DNA of 64,000 bases from an uncultured delta proteobacterium (GTDB lineage Bacteria > Desulfobacterota > Binatia > UBA9968), in the NCBI GenBank assembly GCA_963840855.1, contig CAWJBB010000067.1, positions 8,110 to 72,109 of the forward strand, in the 5' to 3' direction. Positions 52,246-61,161 of the stretch are shown in pieces (positions within the stretch are counted from its first letter, which is position 1; each line of letters starts with the position of its first letter). Both the position numbers and the translations under genes were made by a program. The notes under the pieces were generated by a model, which saw only the letters and a program-made list of their open reading frames with translations, made no database searches and was not told the origin of the DNA.

Positions 52246-53427
52246 ATGATTTCTGGAGCTCTTGAAGGAACCACTTGCATCGATGTCAGCGGCCATGTGG
52301 CCGGCCCCTATGCCAGCAGCCTGCTCGGCGACCTGGGCTGCGACGTGATCAAAGTCGAATTGCCCAAGGGCGGCGATAGTCACCGTGGCCGCAACCCGAA
52401 GTACGAAGGTTACGGTCCCAGCTTTCGCGCGCTGAACCGAAATAAGAAAAGCCTCACCCTAGATTTGCGACAGAAAAAAGGCTGCGAGATTCTGCTCGAG
52501 CTCTTGGCAACCGCGGATATTTTTCTGGAAAATTTCCGCCCGCCGACGCGAGCGCGGTTGGGGTTGGACTATGAGGAACTTGCGAATCTCAACGCGAAAT
52601 TGATCCACTGCTCGATCTCCGGCTATGGCCAGAGCGGCCCGTACCGTGACAAACCCGGCTTCGACACGATTGGCCAGGCGCTGAGCGGCATGATGAGCCT
52701 CGTCACGGATTTGGACGACCCCAAAGTCGCCGGCATATCTTTCGTCGATCACGCCGCCGGTATCTTCGCCGCCCACGGCATCATGGCGGCTTTGCTGGCG
52801 CGGGCGAAAACCGGCCAAGGGCAATTCATCGACGTCTCGCTTTTGCAAGTAGCCATCGCTTTTATCGAATCCCATGTCGCCGACTATTTGAACGGTGGCG
52901 AAGCGGTGTCGCGGGAGAATTTTCCCAAGGGGCGCATCTATAGTCTTCTGGATTGCGACGGAAAACCGTTCATGGTCCATCTCTCCGGCCACAACGAAGC
53001 TTGGGAGGGACTGCTGAAAGCCGGCGAGTTGGATCAGTTCATCGGCGATCCGCGTTTCAAGACGCGCAAAGACCGCAGCGACCGCCACCAGGAAATTGTC
53101 GCAATCCTGCGTGAGCAGTACGGCAAAAAGCCGCGTGAATACTGGCTGGCCCGGCTTGACGCCAATAGCATTCCCAATGCGCCCATCAACGTGATTCACG
53201 AAGTTTTCGCCAACCCGCAAATAAAACGCATGGGCCTCCCCAAACAGATTACCCATCCGAAAATGGGCACGACTAATCTCATTGGAAGCCCCATCAATAT
53301 GTCGGGCACGCCGCCGAATTTTTTTCGACCCGCGCCGCTGCTGGGCGAACAGACGGATGAAATATTACAACGGCTGGGTTATAGCAAGGACGAGATTGAA
53401 GAGTTACGGCACAGTAACGTGATATGA
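52246..53427 (+). CDS. Family III (CaiB/BaiF) CoA-transferase
   Basis: AGPYA..LLGDLGCDVIKVE, NRNKKS, ENFRP, APLLGEQTDEIL. Confidence 0.92.
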   Translation: MISGALEGTTCIDVSGHVAGPYASSLLGDLGCDVIKVELPKGGDSHRGRNPKYEGYGPSFRALNRNKKSLTLDLRQKKGCEILLELLATADIFLENFRPPTRARLGLDYEELANLNAKLIHCSISGYGQSGPYRDKPGFDTIGQALSGMMSLVTDLDDPKVAGISFVDHAAGIFAAHGIMAALLARAKTGQGQFIDVSLLQVAIAFIESHVADYLNGGEAVSRENFPKGRIYSLLDCDGKPFMVHLSGHNEAWEGLLKAGELDQFIGDPRFKTRKDRSDRHQEIVAILREQYGKKPREYWLARLDANSIPNAPINVIHEVFANPQIKRMGLPKQITHPKMGTTNLIGSPINMSGTPPNFFRPAPLLGEQTDEILQRLGYSKDEIEELRHSNVI

Positions 53428-53429
53428 AT

Positions 53430-53493
53430 AGTCTAGAGTCTAGCGTCCAGAGTCTTGCGTTAACTCGAGACTCCGGACCCTAGACGCCAGACT
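53430..53493. repeat. Heptamer palindromic element (GTCTAGA arm / AGAC arm), intact
   Basis: agtctagagtctagcgtccagagtc ... ttaactcgagactccggaccctagacgccagact. Confidence 0.8.
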
Positions 53494-53513
53494 TCGAAGA
53501 AATGGAGTTATGT

Positions 53514-54728
53514 ATGGATTTCACCGTATCCGCCGACCCACCCCATGTAGTGGAGTTCCGCAAAGAAGTCGCCGACTGGCTGGCTAGCCAGTTCAAAGGC
53601 CACGAGCACCTGCGCTGGTCGGCGTCCTGGTCGACACGCGAAGACCAAGATGAATACAAGTTTCGCCGCGGGCTGGCCGAAAAGCTCGGCGCCAAGGGCT
53701 GGCTTTTCCCCATCTATCCCAAAAAATTCGGCGGCGCCGATCTCACCGTCGATCACCAGGTCGTCCTGGAAACCGAACTATTCAAATACGGCCTCAACCT
53801 GTCCCATGTGTTTTACACCCTGGCGCGCATCGTCTCGCCGGTGCTGATTCGCTGGGGCACTGACGAGCAAAAAGCGGAATTTTTGCCGCCGATCACGCGC
53901 GCGCAAACCTGCGTCTGGCAAGTGCTCACCGAACCGCACGGCGGCAGCGATATAGCGAATTGCCAGACCAAAGCGATCCGCGAAGGCGATCACTACGTCG
54001 TCAATGGCCAGAAGGTCATGGTCGGCCATCATTTGCCGCCGGATTATCTCTGGACCCTGGTCTGCACCAATCCGCAGGGCAAGCGCCACGAGAACCTGGC
54101 GTGGCTGCACATCCCGGCGACCCTTCCCGGCGTCACCATCCAGCATATGAATATGATGATGGGCATCAAGAACGCCGTCTTTTTCGACAACGTCCGCGTG
54201 CCGGCGAAGTACTTGATCGGCGGCGAGAATAACGGCTGGAAAGTCGCCAGCACCCACATGGAGCTGGAACATGGCGGCGACGGCCGCATCGCGGCGGACC
54301 CGCTGATAGAGCGAGTAGTTGAGTACTGCCGCAACACATACATCGGCTGCAAACCGATCATGGAAGACCCGCGGGTGCGCGACCTGGTCGCCGACATGAC
54401 GATCGAGTTGAATACCCTCAGGCGCTTTAATCAGCTCATTTACTGGCGCCGGTTCGCCAAAAAACCTCATCCCTACGGCGGTCCGCAGCAGCGCTACTAC
54501 CAGCGCATGTTGCGCCTGCGCAACGGCGAGCGGTTGCAGGCCATCATGGGCGCCGATGCTTTGGAACAAAACTTATCGGTCAACGAAGTGGTCGATTTCG
54601 AATACGCGGTGCGCACGGGTCCGGGGCAGTTGCACGGCGGCGGCACGTTGGACACCGACCGCTTGATCTTCGCCCGCCGGCTCGGCTTGGGCCGTCCGAC
54701 GACCGAGAAAGCGCCGGAAACCGATTAG
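53514..54728 (+). CDS. Acyl-CoA dehydrogenase family protein (subunit 1 of a tandem pair)
   Basis: LTEPHGGSD, VNGQK, VFFDNVRVP, IGGENNGW. Confidence 0.9.
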   Translation: MDFTVSADPPHVVEFRKEVADWLASQFKGHEHLRWSASWSTREDQDEYKFRRGLAEKLGAKGWLFPIYPKKFGGADLTVDHQVVLETELFKYGLNLSHVFYTLARIVSPVLIRWGTDEQKAEFLPPITRAQTCVWQVLTEPHGGSDIANCQTKAIREGDHYVVNGQKVMVGHHLPPDYLWTLVCTNPQGKRHENLAWLHIPATLPGVTIQHMNMMMGIKNAVFFDNVRVPAKYLIGGENNGWKVASTHMELEHGGDGRIAADPLIERVVEYCRNTYIGCKPIMEDPRVRDLVADMTIELNTLRRFNQLIYWRRFAKKPHPYGGPQQRYYQRMLRLRNGERLQAIMGADALEQNLSVNEVVDFEYAVRTGPGQLHGGGTLDTDRLIFARRLGLGRPTTEKAPETD

Positions 54729-54813
54729 TAGGCATGAGGCGAAAGGCATGAGGCTTGAGGGAAGATGGCAGGCAAGTTCTGACTCACGCCTTCCGCCTCG
54801 CTCCTCACGCCTA
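54729..54813. repeat. Heptamer palindromic element (AGGCATG arm / CACGCCT arm)
   Basis: aggcatgaggcgaaaggcatgaggcttgagg ... ctcacgccttccgcctcgctcctcacgcct. Confidence 0.8.
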
Positions 54814-54829
54814 TATAAGGAGAAGTGAA

Positions 54830-55952
54830 ATGGATTTGTCGTTAACTGAAACCCAAGAAGACTTTAAGAAGCTCGCGGCGGATTTCGTCAAAGCGGAAGT
54901 CCCGGCCCATCAAATGACTCAATGGTACAAAAACAAACAGACCTTTCAGCCTCAGCTGGTGAAAAAAGCCGCTGAAATCGGCTGGCTCGGCATGATGTTG
55001 CCGGAAGAGTATGGCGGCTCGGGCGTCTCAACAATGGACTGCGCCGTCGTTTTCGAAGAACTCGGACATGGCCCCGTGCCGGGGCCGCTTTTCACCTCGG
55101 GCATTCTCAGCGCACAGCTGATTTTTGAAGCCTGCACGGACGCGCAAAAAAAAGCTTGGTTGCCGCCCCTTTGCAATGGCGCATCGATCGTCGTTCCGGC
55201 GATCACGGACAAAGCCGCGTACTGGGGACCGGAAGCGGTGGAGACGCGCCTGAGCAAGACGCCCAATGGCTACATCATGAGCGGCAGCAAGCGCTTTGTC
55301 TTCGACGCCGAAGCGGCCACCAGTTTCCTATGCGCCGCAAGGACGGAAGAAGGCAAAGTCGTCTTCTTGATCGTCGACGCCAACAGCCCCGGAATCACGA
55401 TCACGCCGCACATCGGGTTCTTTGTTTCTGTAGCCGAAGTGCGCTTTGACAGAGTGGCCGTTTCGTCGAACAATCTGCTGGGCTCGAGCGGAGCGAGCTG
55501 GGCTACCCTCGAAGCCGCGTTAGAAAAAGCGCTGCCGATCCTTTCCGCCTACCAAGTGGGCGCGACCCAGGAAGTTTTCGACATCACCTGCGAATACACG
55601 CGCACCCGCATCGTCTTCGGCCAGCCCATCGGCCGCTTCCAACGCGTGCAGGACCACTGCGTCGAAATTTCGATTCATCTTGATCAGGCGCGCTGGGCGA
55701 CTTACGAAGCCATCTGGCGTATCGACAGCGGCATGGACGCGCGGGCCGGGGTGCACGAGGCCAAAGCAACCGCCAGCGACGGCTACTATCACGGGACGAA
55801 TTACGCGCATATGGTCTGGGCGGGGCCTGGAACGGATTATAGTCATCCGATGATGGCGCACAGCGTTTTAGCCCATACACTCTATCAGTACCTCGGCACG
55901 CCCGGGACATCATAAGCGTTTGATGATGGACGCGCTGTATCCGCGCGGATAA
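54830..55952 (+). CDS. Acyl-CoA dehydrogenase family protein (subunit 2); one-base frameshift near 55904
   Basis: MDLSLTETQ, PEEYGGSG, EELG, SGSKRFV, FGQPIGRFQ; restored C-terminus LGTPGHHKRLMMDALYPRG*. Confidence 0.85.
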
Positions 55953-56119
55953 GACGGTCTAGAGTCTCCGGTCTAGAGTCCTGGGTTCATCAAGAATTCG
56001 GGTCGTGAGACTATCTTCAAGGCGTTCCCAAGGAAGTCTAAGCAAATCTTGACCAGCACGGCCGCAAGTTCCGCAAGATTTTCGGTCTGAGATATGAACA
56101 AGCACGAAAGGAGCAAATC

Positions 56120-57214
56120 GTGAAATCCAGTGGCTTGAACCGATTCGTCTTGTTTCTTGGATTATTCTCTTTCGCAGCGGTCACAACTGCTGTATGCGCC
56201 GCGGAAAAGGCGCCCTTTTACCAAGGTAAAACTCTGACGTTCATAATTAACTTCGCTGCCGGTGGTCCAACCGATATTGAAGGCAGAGTTTTCGCGAAGC
56301 ACCTCGGCAGGCATATCCCAGGAAATCCGAGCGTGGTCGTCCAAAATATGGGCGGAGGCGCGGGAATCATAGGAGTCAACTTTTTAGGAGAAGTTGCCAA
56401 GCCGGATGCGCTTACTGCCGGTTACTTTACGGGAACCCTCTTTCACCACCAGGTCAAAGACCCGGGCTTGCGCGTAGAGTTGGGAAAATTCGGATTCGTT
56501 ACAGGGGTACACGGCGTCACAATATGTTATGTCCGGTCGGACCTGGCGCCTGGGATTAAGAAACCAGAAGACTTTGTGAAAGCGGAGCGATTTAGGGCCG
56601 CGGGGCTGGGTGCGAGTAGCTCTAAGGACGTGCGCTTTCGGCTCATGTTCGATTTGCTGGGACTCAAATACGATTATGTGACCGGTTACAGTTCCAGCTC
56701 AACGGCGCGCCTCGCTGTTCAAAGGAACGAAGCTCAATATCACGACGAAAGCCTGCCAGCTTACCGGGTAGCCGTTGAGCCTCAAATGGTAAAAACCGGT
56801 CAAGTGACACCGCTCTACTATACGGAAATAATCGCGCCGGACGGAGAGGCGATGACCAGCCCGGACGTGCCAGAGCTCTTGCCCTTCGCGCACTATTACA
56901 AAAAGGTCTTAGGCAAGGCGCCCTCAGGGATCAAATACGAAGCCCTCAAGGCGGCGAACATGTCTAGCACCAACATGCAGCGACTCATTTTGCTGCCTCC
57001 CAACGCACCTGCTGAGGCGATCGCGACGCTGAGACAAGCGATTGTTTCGCTCTCGAAAGATGCCGATTTCAATGCTGAAGCAATGAAAACCATGCGCTTT
57101 CACCCGCGCTTCGAAGTCGGTGAACAAGGAGAACGAATGTTCCAGCGGGTGTCGCAAACACCGCCGGAAATTGTGAATTTCATTCGGCAGTATATCGAGG
57201 AGGTGAACAAGTAA
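56120..57214 (+). CDS. Bug/TctC substrate-binding protein
   Basis: PFYQGKTL, AAGGPTD, IPGNP, NMGGGAG, VTGY. Confidence 0.9.
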   Translation: MKSSGLNRFVLFLGLFSFAAVTTAVCAAEKAPFYQGKTLTFIINFAAGGPTDIEGRVFAKHLGRHIPGNPSVVVQNMGGGAGIIGVNFLGEVAKPDALTAGYFTGTLFHHQVKDPGLRVELGKFGFVTGVHGVTICYVRSDLAPGIKKPEDFVKAERFRAAGLGASSSKDVRFRLMFDLLGLKYDYVTGYSSSSTARLAVQRNEAQYHDESLPAYRVAVEPQMVKTGQVTPLYYTEIIAPDGEAMTSPDVPELLPFAHYYKKVLGKAPSGIKYEALKAANMSSTNMQRLILLPPNAPAEAIATLRQAIVSLSKDADFNAEAMKTMRFHPRFEVGEQGERMFQRVSQTPPEIVNFIRQYIEEVNK

Positions 57215-57229
57215 TCGAGACGCATGGTC

Positions 57230-57385
57230 TAGCAGGTTGCTGAAAAACGGTTCGGAATGCTTCGAGAATCTCAGCATGAACGGAGAATCATCAATGATAT
57301 CAAACCCTCTCCGTTCGTCCCTTCGATAAACTCAGGGCAGAGCCCCGTCGAAGGACTCCGAGAGAGTTTTTTCAGCAACTTGCTA
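57230..57385. mobile_element. MITE with 18-bp terminal inverted repeats and an internal REP-like hairpin
   Basis: tagcaggttgctgaaaaa ... tttttcagcaacttgcta; internal cccttcgataaactcagggcag also occurs at 45151-45170. Confidence 0.8.
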
Positions 57386-57471
57386 CTGTCTCGGATTTAC
57401 GCTTTCGGATTTAACTCTGGACCCGAGACGCGAGACTCCAGACTGCACCTCTGGTGCGTAGCGGAAGATAA

Positions 57472-58515
57472 ATGCACCTCCATCTACTTGCCATGATACT
57501 CCTCGCTTTTGCGAGTGAAGCGGCGGCGCAAACGCGCAAGCCGGCCACGGTCAGCGAAATCGCAACCTACACCGGCGCCGATCGTGAGCAGCTGCTTTAC
57601 GCTGGAGCGAAAAACGAAGGGACGGTCACCTGGTACACGTCGCTTGCCGGCGATTCGTACAAAGCCATGGCGCGCGCGTTTGAAAACAAATATCCCGGCG
57701 TCCGCGTGGAAACCTACCGCGCCGGCGGCAGCGAACTGGTAGTGCGCATGGCAGAAGAAGTGAAAGCACGCCGTCCGATCTTCGACGCGTTGGAAACCAC
57801 CTATGATTTCATGATGGTGTCGCGGGCGAACCATCTCACCCGGCCCTACAATTCACCCGCCCTCGCTACCTATCCCGCCGAAGCCAAGGAAAAAGCCGAC
57901 AACGGGCTTACCTTCTGGGCCATCTTTCGCGAGTCGTATATGGGCTTCGGCTACAACAAGGAACAAGTTTCACCCATTGCGGTGCCGAAAGGCTTCGATG
58001 GCCTGCTTCACCCACAACTCAAAGGCAAGATGGGCATTACTCTCAACGAAAGCTCCGCGCGCATGATCGGGGCGATGATCAAGATCAAAGGCGAAGCCTT
58101 CGTAAAAAAACTCAAAGCGCAGGAAATCAGAGTCTATACCGTCAGCAGCGCGGCGCTCGTCGATCTCATGGCCTCGGGCGAAATCGGCGCCTCGCTGCAC
58201 ATTTATCGCAACCACGCCATGGTCTCGGCGGAGCGTGGCTCGTCCGTGGGCTGGGTACCGATGGAGCTTGTGCCGACGAATTCCGGCTGCGTCGGGCTCG
58301 CGGCCCAACCGCCGCATCCGCACGCCGCCGCTCTCTTTATCGACTACCTTCTGAGCCCAAATGGCCGCATGGTCCTGGAAAAATACCAGTATGGCCATCC
58401 GTCGAACGAGTGGCCGTTCAAGCGCTGGCACCCCGGCTTTGGCCGCTCCCTCGAACAATTCGAGAAGGACAGCGACAAATGGGAAAAGTTGGCGAAGGAA
58501 ATCACCCGTCGTTGA
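57472..58515 (+). CDS. ABC-type solute-binding protein
   Basis: GAKNEGTVTWYTSL, YPGV, LLHPQLKG, PPHPHAAALFIDYLLS. Confidence 0.85.
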   Translation: MHLHLLAMILLAFASEAAAQTRKPATVSEIATYTGADREQLLYAGAKNEGTVTWYTSLAGDSYKAMARAFENKYPGVRVETYRAGGSELVVRMAEEVKARRPIFDALETTYDFMMVSRANHLTRPYNSPALATYPAEAKEKADNGLTFWAIFRESYMGFGYNKEQVSPIAVPKGFDGLLHPQLKGKMGITLNESSARMIGAMIKIKGEAFVKKLKAQEIRVYTVSSAALVDLMASGEIGASLHIYRNHAMVSAERGSSVGWVPMELVPTNSGCVGLAAQPPHPHAAALFIDYLLSPNGRMVLEKYQYGHPSNEWPFKRWHPGFGRSLEQFEKDSDKWEKLAKEITRR

Positions 58516-58540
58516 AAACCGCTAGAGGAGACCTCCGGCA

Positions 58541-59596
58541 ATGAAGTTCGTAGTATTTGTCCTGTTTGTCCTATCGGTCCTACTACCCGAGGAGACTTTC
58601 GCGCAGGCGCCAAAACAGCTGACTATTTCCGAACTGGTTACTTACAACGGCAAGGACCGCGAGCAGGTCCTCTACGCCGGCGCGAAGAGCGAAGGCAAAG
58701 TGACCTGGTACACTTCTCTGGCCGGCGAGTCATACAAAGGCATGGTCAAAGCCTTCGAAGGAAAATATCCCGGCGTCAAGCTCGAAGCCTACCGCGTCTC
58801 GGGTTCCGATATGACCGTTCGCATGATGGAAGAAGCCAAGGCCAAAAAATACATAGTGGACGCGGTGGAAACCACCGAAGGCAACTTGATGCTGATGCGG
58901 GACGTCTTTCTCATCCGGCCTTATCATTCGCCGCATTTTGCATCCTACCCGGAAGATGCCAAGGCAAAGGGCGAGCGCGGCTTGTACTACTGGGGCATCG
59001 CCCGTGAGTCTTACATCGGTTTTGCCTACAACAAGAAACTACTTTCTAAAAATGCCATACCGAAAAATTATGAAGGTCTCTTGCATCCCGAGCTCAAAGG
59101 TCGCATGGGCGTGTCCATCAGCGATCCAGCTTACAAAGTCATCGGCGCAATTATCAAAACCAGAGGCATGGAGCTGGTCAAAAAACTCAAGGCGCAAGAG
59201 ATATCCCTGCACACGATCATCCCGCCGGCTCTCCTGGACCTGATCGCGGCCGGTGAACTCCTTGCCTCGCCGGTGATCTTTCGCAATCACACCTTGAACG
59301 CCATTGCCAAGGGCGCACCGGTGGATTGGGTGCCGATGGACATCGTGCCGACCAACGTCGGCGGCGCGGCCATCTCCGTCCAACCGCCTCATCCGAACGC
59401 CGCTTTGCTGCTGGCGGACTACCTCTTGGGACCGGAAGGCCAAGCGGTTTTGGGAAAATACGAATACGGCAGCGCGTCGAAGAACCTTGGCTTCACACGC
59501 TGGCGCCCGGAACATGGCTCGACTTCTGAAAAATTTGAAAAGGACATCGAGCGCTGGGAGAAGCTGCTCAAGGAAATCAGCCGCAAAGGTGGCTAA
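58541..59596 (+). CDS. ABC-type solute-binding protein (tandem paralog of 57472-58515)
   Basis: GAKSEGKVTWYTSLAG, LLHPELKG, PPHPNAALLLADYLL. Confidence 0.85.
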   Translation: MKFVVFVLFVLSVLLPEETFAQAPKQLTISELVTYNGKDREQVLYAGAKSEGKVTWYTSLAGESYKGMVKAFEGKYPGVKLEAYRVSGSDMTVRMMEEAKAKKYIVDAVETTEGNLMLMRDVFLIRPYHSPHFASYPEDAKAKGERGLYYWGIARESYIGFAYNKKLLSKNAIPKNYEGLLHPELKGRMGVSISDPAYKVIGAIIKTRGMELVKKLKAQEISLHTIIPPALLDLIAAGELLASPVIFRNHTLNAIAKGAPVDWVPMDIVPTNVGGAAISVQPPHPNAALLLADYLLGPEGQAVLGKYEYGSASKNLGFTRWRPEHGSTSEKFEKDIERWEKLLKEISRKGG

Positions 59597-59751
59597 CCCT
59601 TTTACTCGCTGGTCGGGAGAGATTTAACCACAATGAGCGCTAGCGCGGCGAAGCCGCAACCGAAATTGAGCCAAAGAGAAAAATACTCACCACGAAGTGA
59701 TTCATGATCTTACGCTCGCCTACAGATCATGAAAACGGAGGATTCCTCTTC

Positions 59752-59862
59752 GTAGCCCGGATGGAGCAAAGCGTAATCCGGGTTTCTTCATTCACGCACG
59801 CCGTTGCCTCTGCCACGCCCCATGTCACCTTCCTGGATTCCGCTTCGCTCCATCCAGGCTAC
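59752..59862. repeat. Inverted pair of GTAG-type REPs (REPIN-like)
   Basis: gtagcccggatggagcaaagcgtaatccggg ... cctggattccgcttcgctccatccaggctac. Confidence 0.85.
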
Positions 59863-60014
59863 AATTCTAAAGCCCATCCTCACACCCCGTATTTCAAAAG
59901 AGTCACGAAGTTTAAGAGTATAAATATCCGAACCCTTCGTGTCCTTCGTGCCTTCGTGGTGAGTCCCCTCTTCTTTGCGTTCTTTGCGGGTAAATATTCT
60001 TCGTTCCTTCTTGC

Positions 60015-61019
60015 CTACTTGCCTTCGTACAGTCTCTTGATAAACCCGCTCTTGTCCAACTCGGCAACAAAGCTCGTGTCAACAAACTCTTCGGGCTTGT
60101 GATTGTGGATCTCGGGTCTCCTGAACGCGGCGATTTCGTAGATGGCTTCCAGTCCCTTTGTGATTGGATACGGCGCGGCAATAAAATCTTCCTTGAATAT
60201 AGCGTAAGCGCCTTCCAAGTACTCCGGATCGCTGGTCCTAAAGTATTTGGCTAGGACCTTCTTGCTGAACTCTTTATTCTGCTTCAAAAAAGCGATGCCT
60301 TCGACGTAGGAGCGCACGACGCGCATTACCGTGTCGCGGTCTTCCCGGATCGTTTTGCGCCGCGTGACTACGGACGCCGTCGGATAAACGATTTCCTTTT
60401 TGGCGTCCAGCAAAACGCGAAACCCCTTGCGCTCCGCCTGCGCGTCGGCGGGATAGGTGAGGTCCGCGGCGTCCACCGCGCCTGAGGTCAACGCTTGGAG
60501 GCGTTCGCCGGTGTTACCGACGGCTAACCAAAGAATCTCTCGGCTTGTATCGATACCGTACTTGCGCAGCACGTAGCCGAATAACAGATCACCGGCCGAG
60601 CCCAGGCTCGATATGCCGATTTTTTTCCCTTTGAGATCTTCTACCTTGCGAATTTCCGGTTTCACCATGAGCTTACTGGCCTGCACGCCAATCCCGTGCG
60701 CCACATTCACCAGATCGGCGCCGTTGAGATCGGCCAGCATCACGGCGGGCAGGGCGACAGACGAGGCAAACAGGCTGCCGGCCACCATCGCCTGCGAGGT
60801 TTGGCCCGACCCTCGAAGTAAAACCAGCTCGACATCAAGCCCGTTCTTTTCGAAGAGCTTCGCCTCCTTGGCGACGTACGGGATCCACAAGGTGGGCGAC
60901 AAAGTGGACACGCCCCAATGGATCTTCTTCAGCGGCCTATCCTGCGCTGCGACATTTGACAATAGAGCATGCGCAACCATCAACGAGCCAATTACAATAT
61001 CGAACCGCCGTCGCCTCAT
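60015..61019 (-). CDS. ABC substrate-binding protein, NMT1/SsuA/THI5-like
   Basis: AKEAKLFEKNGLDVEL, DLKGKKIGISSLGS, ALTSGAVDAA. Confidence 0.85.
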   Translation of the reverse strand: MRRRRFDIVIGSLMVAHALLSNVAAQDRPLKKIHWGVSTLSPTLWIPYVAKEAKLFEKNGLDVELVLLRGSGQTSQAMVAGSLFASSVALPAVMLADLNGADLVNVAHGIGVQASKLMVKPEIRKVEDLKGKKIGISSLGSAGDLLFGYVLRKYGIDTSREILWLAVGNTGERLQALTSGAVDAADLTYPADAQAERKGFRVLLDAKKEIVYPTASVVTRRKTIREDRDTVMRVVRSYVEGIAFLKQNKEFSKKVLAKYFRTSDPEYLEGAYAIFKEDFIAAPYPITKGLEAIYEIAAFRRPEIHNHKPEEFVDTSFVAELDKSGFIKRLYEGK

Positions 61020-61161
61020 GGGTCTCGTCTCCTCACTGCTGCCTCCTAAAATCTTACTCCTCACCGGCATTGCCCGGAAACTAGTCGAGATCGCTCTACT
61101 CTGTCAACTTTTGAGCGGGTTCAACCGATGCAGAATATCGTGCTCCCGATTCCAGGCAATT

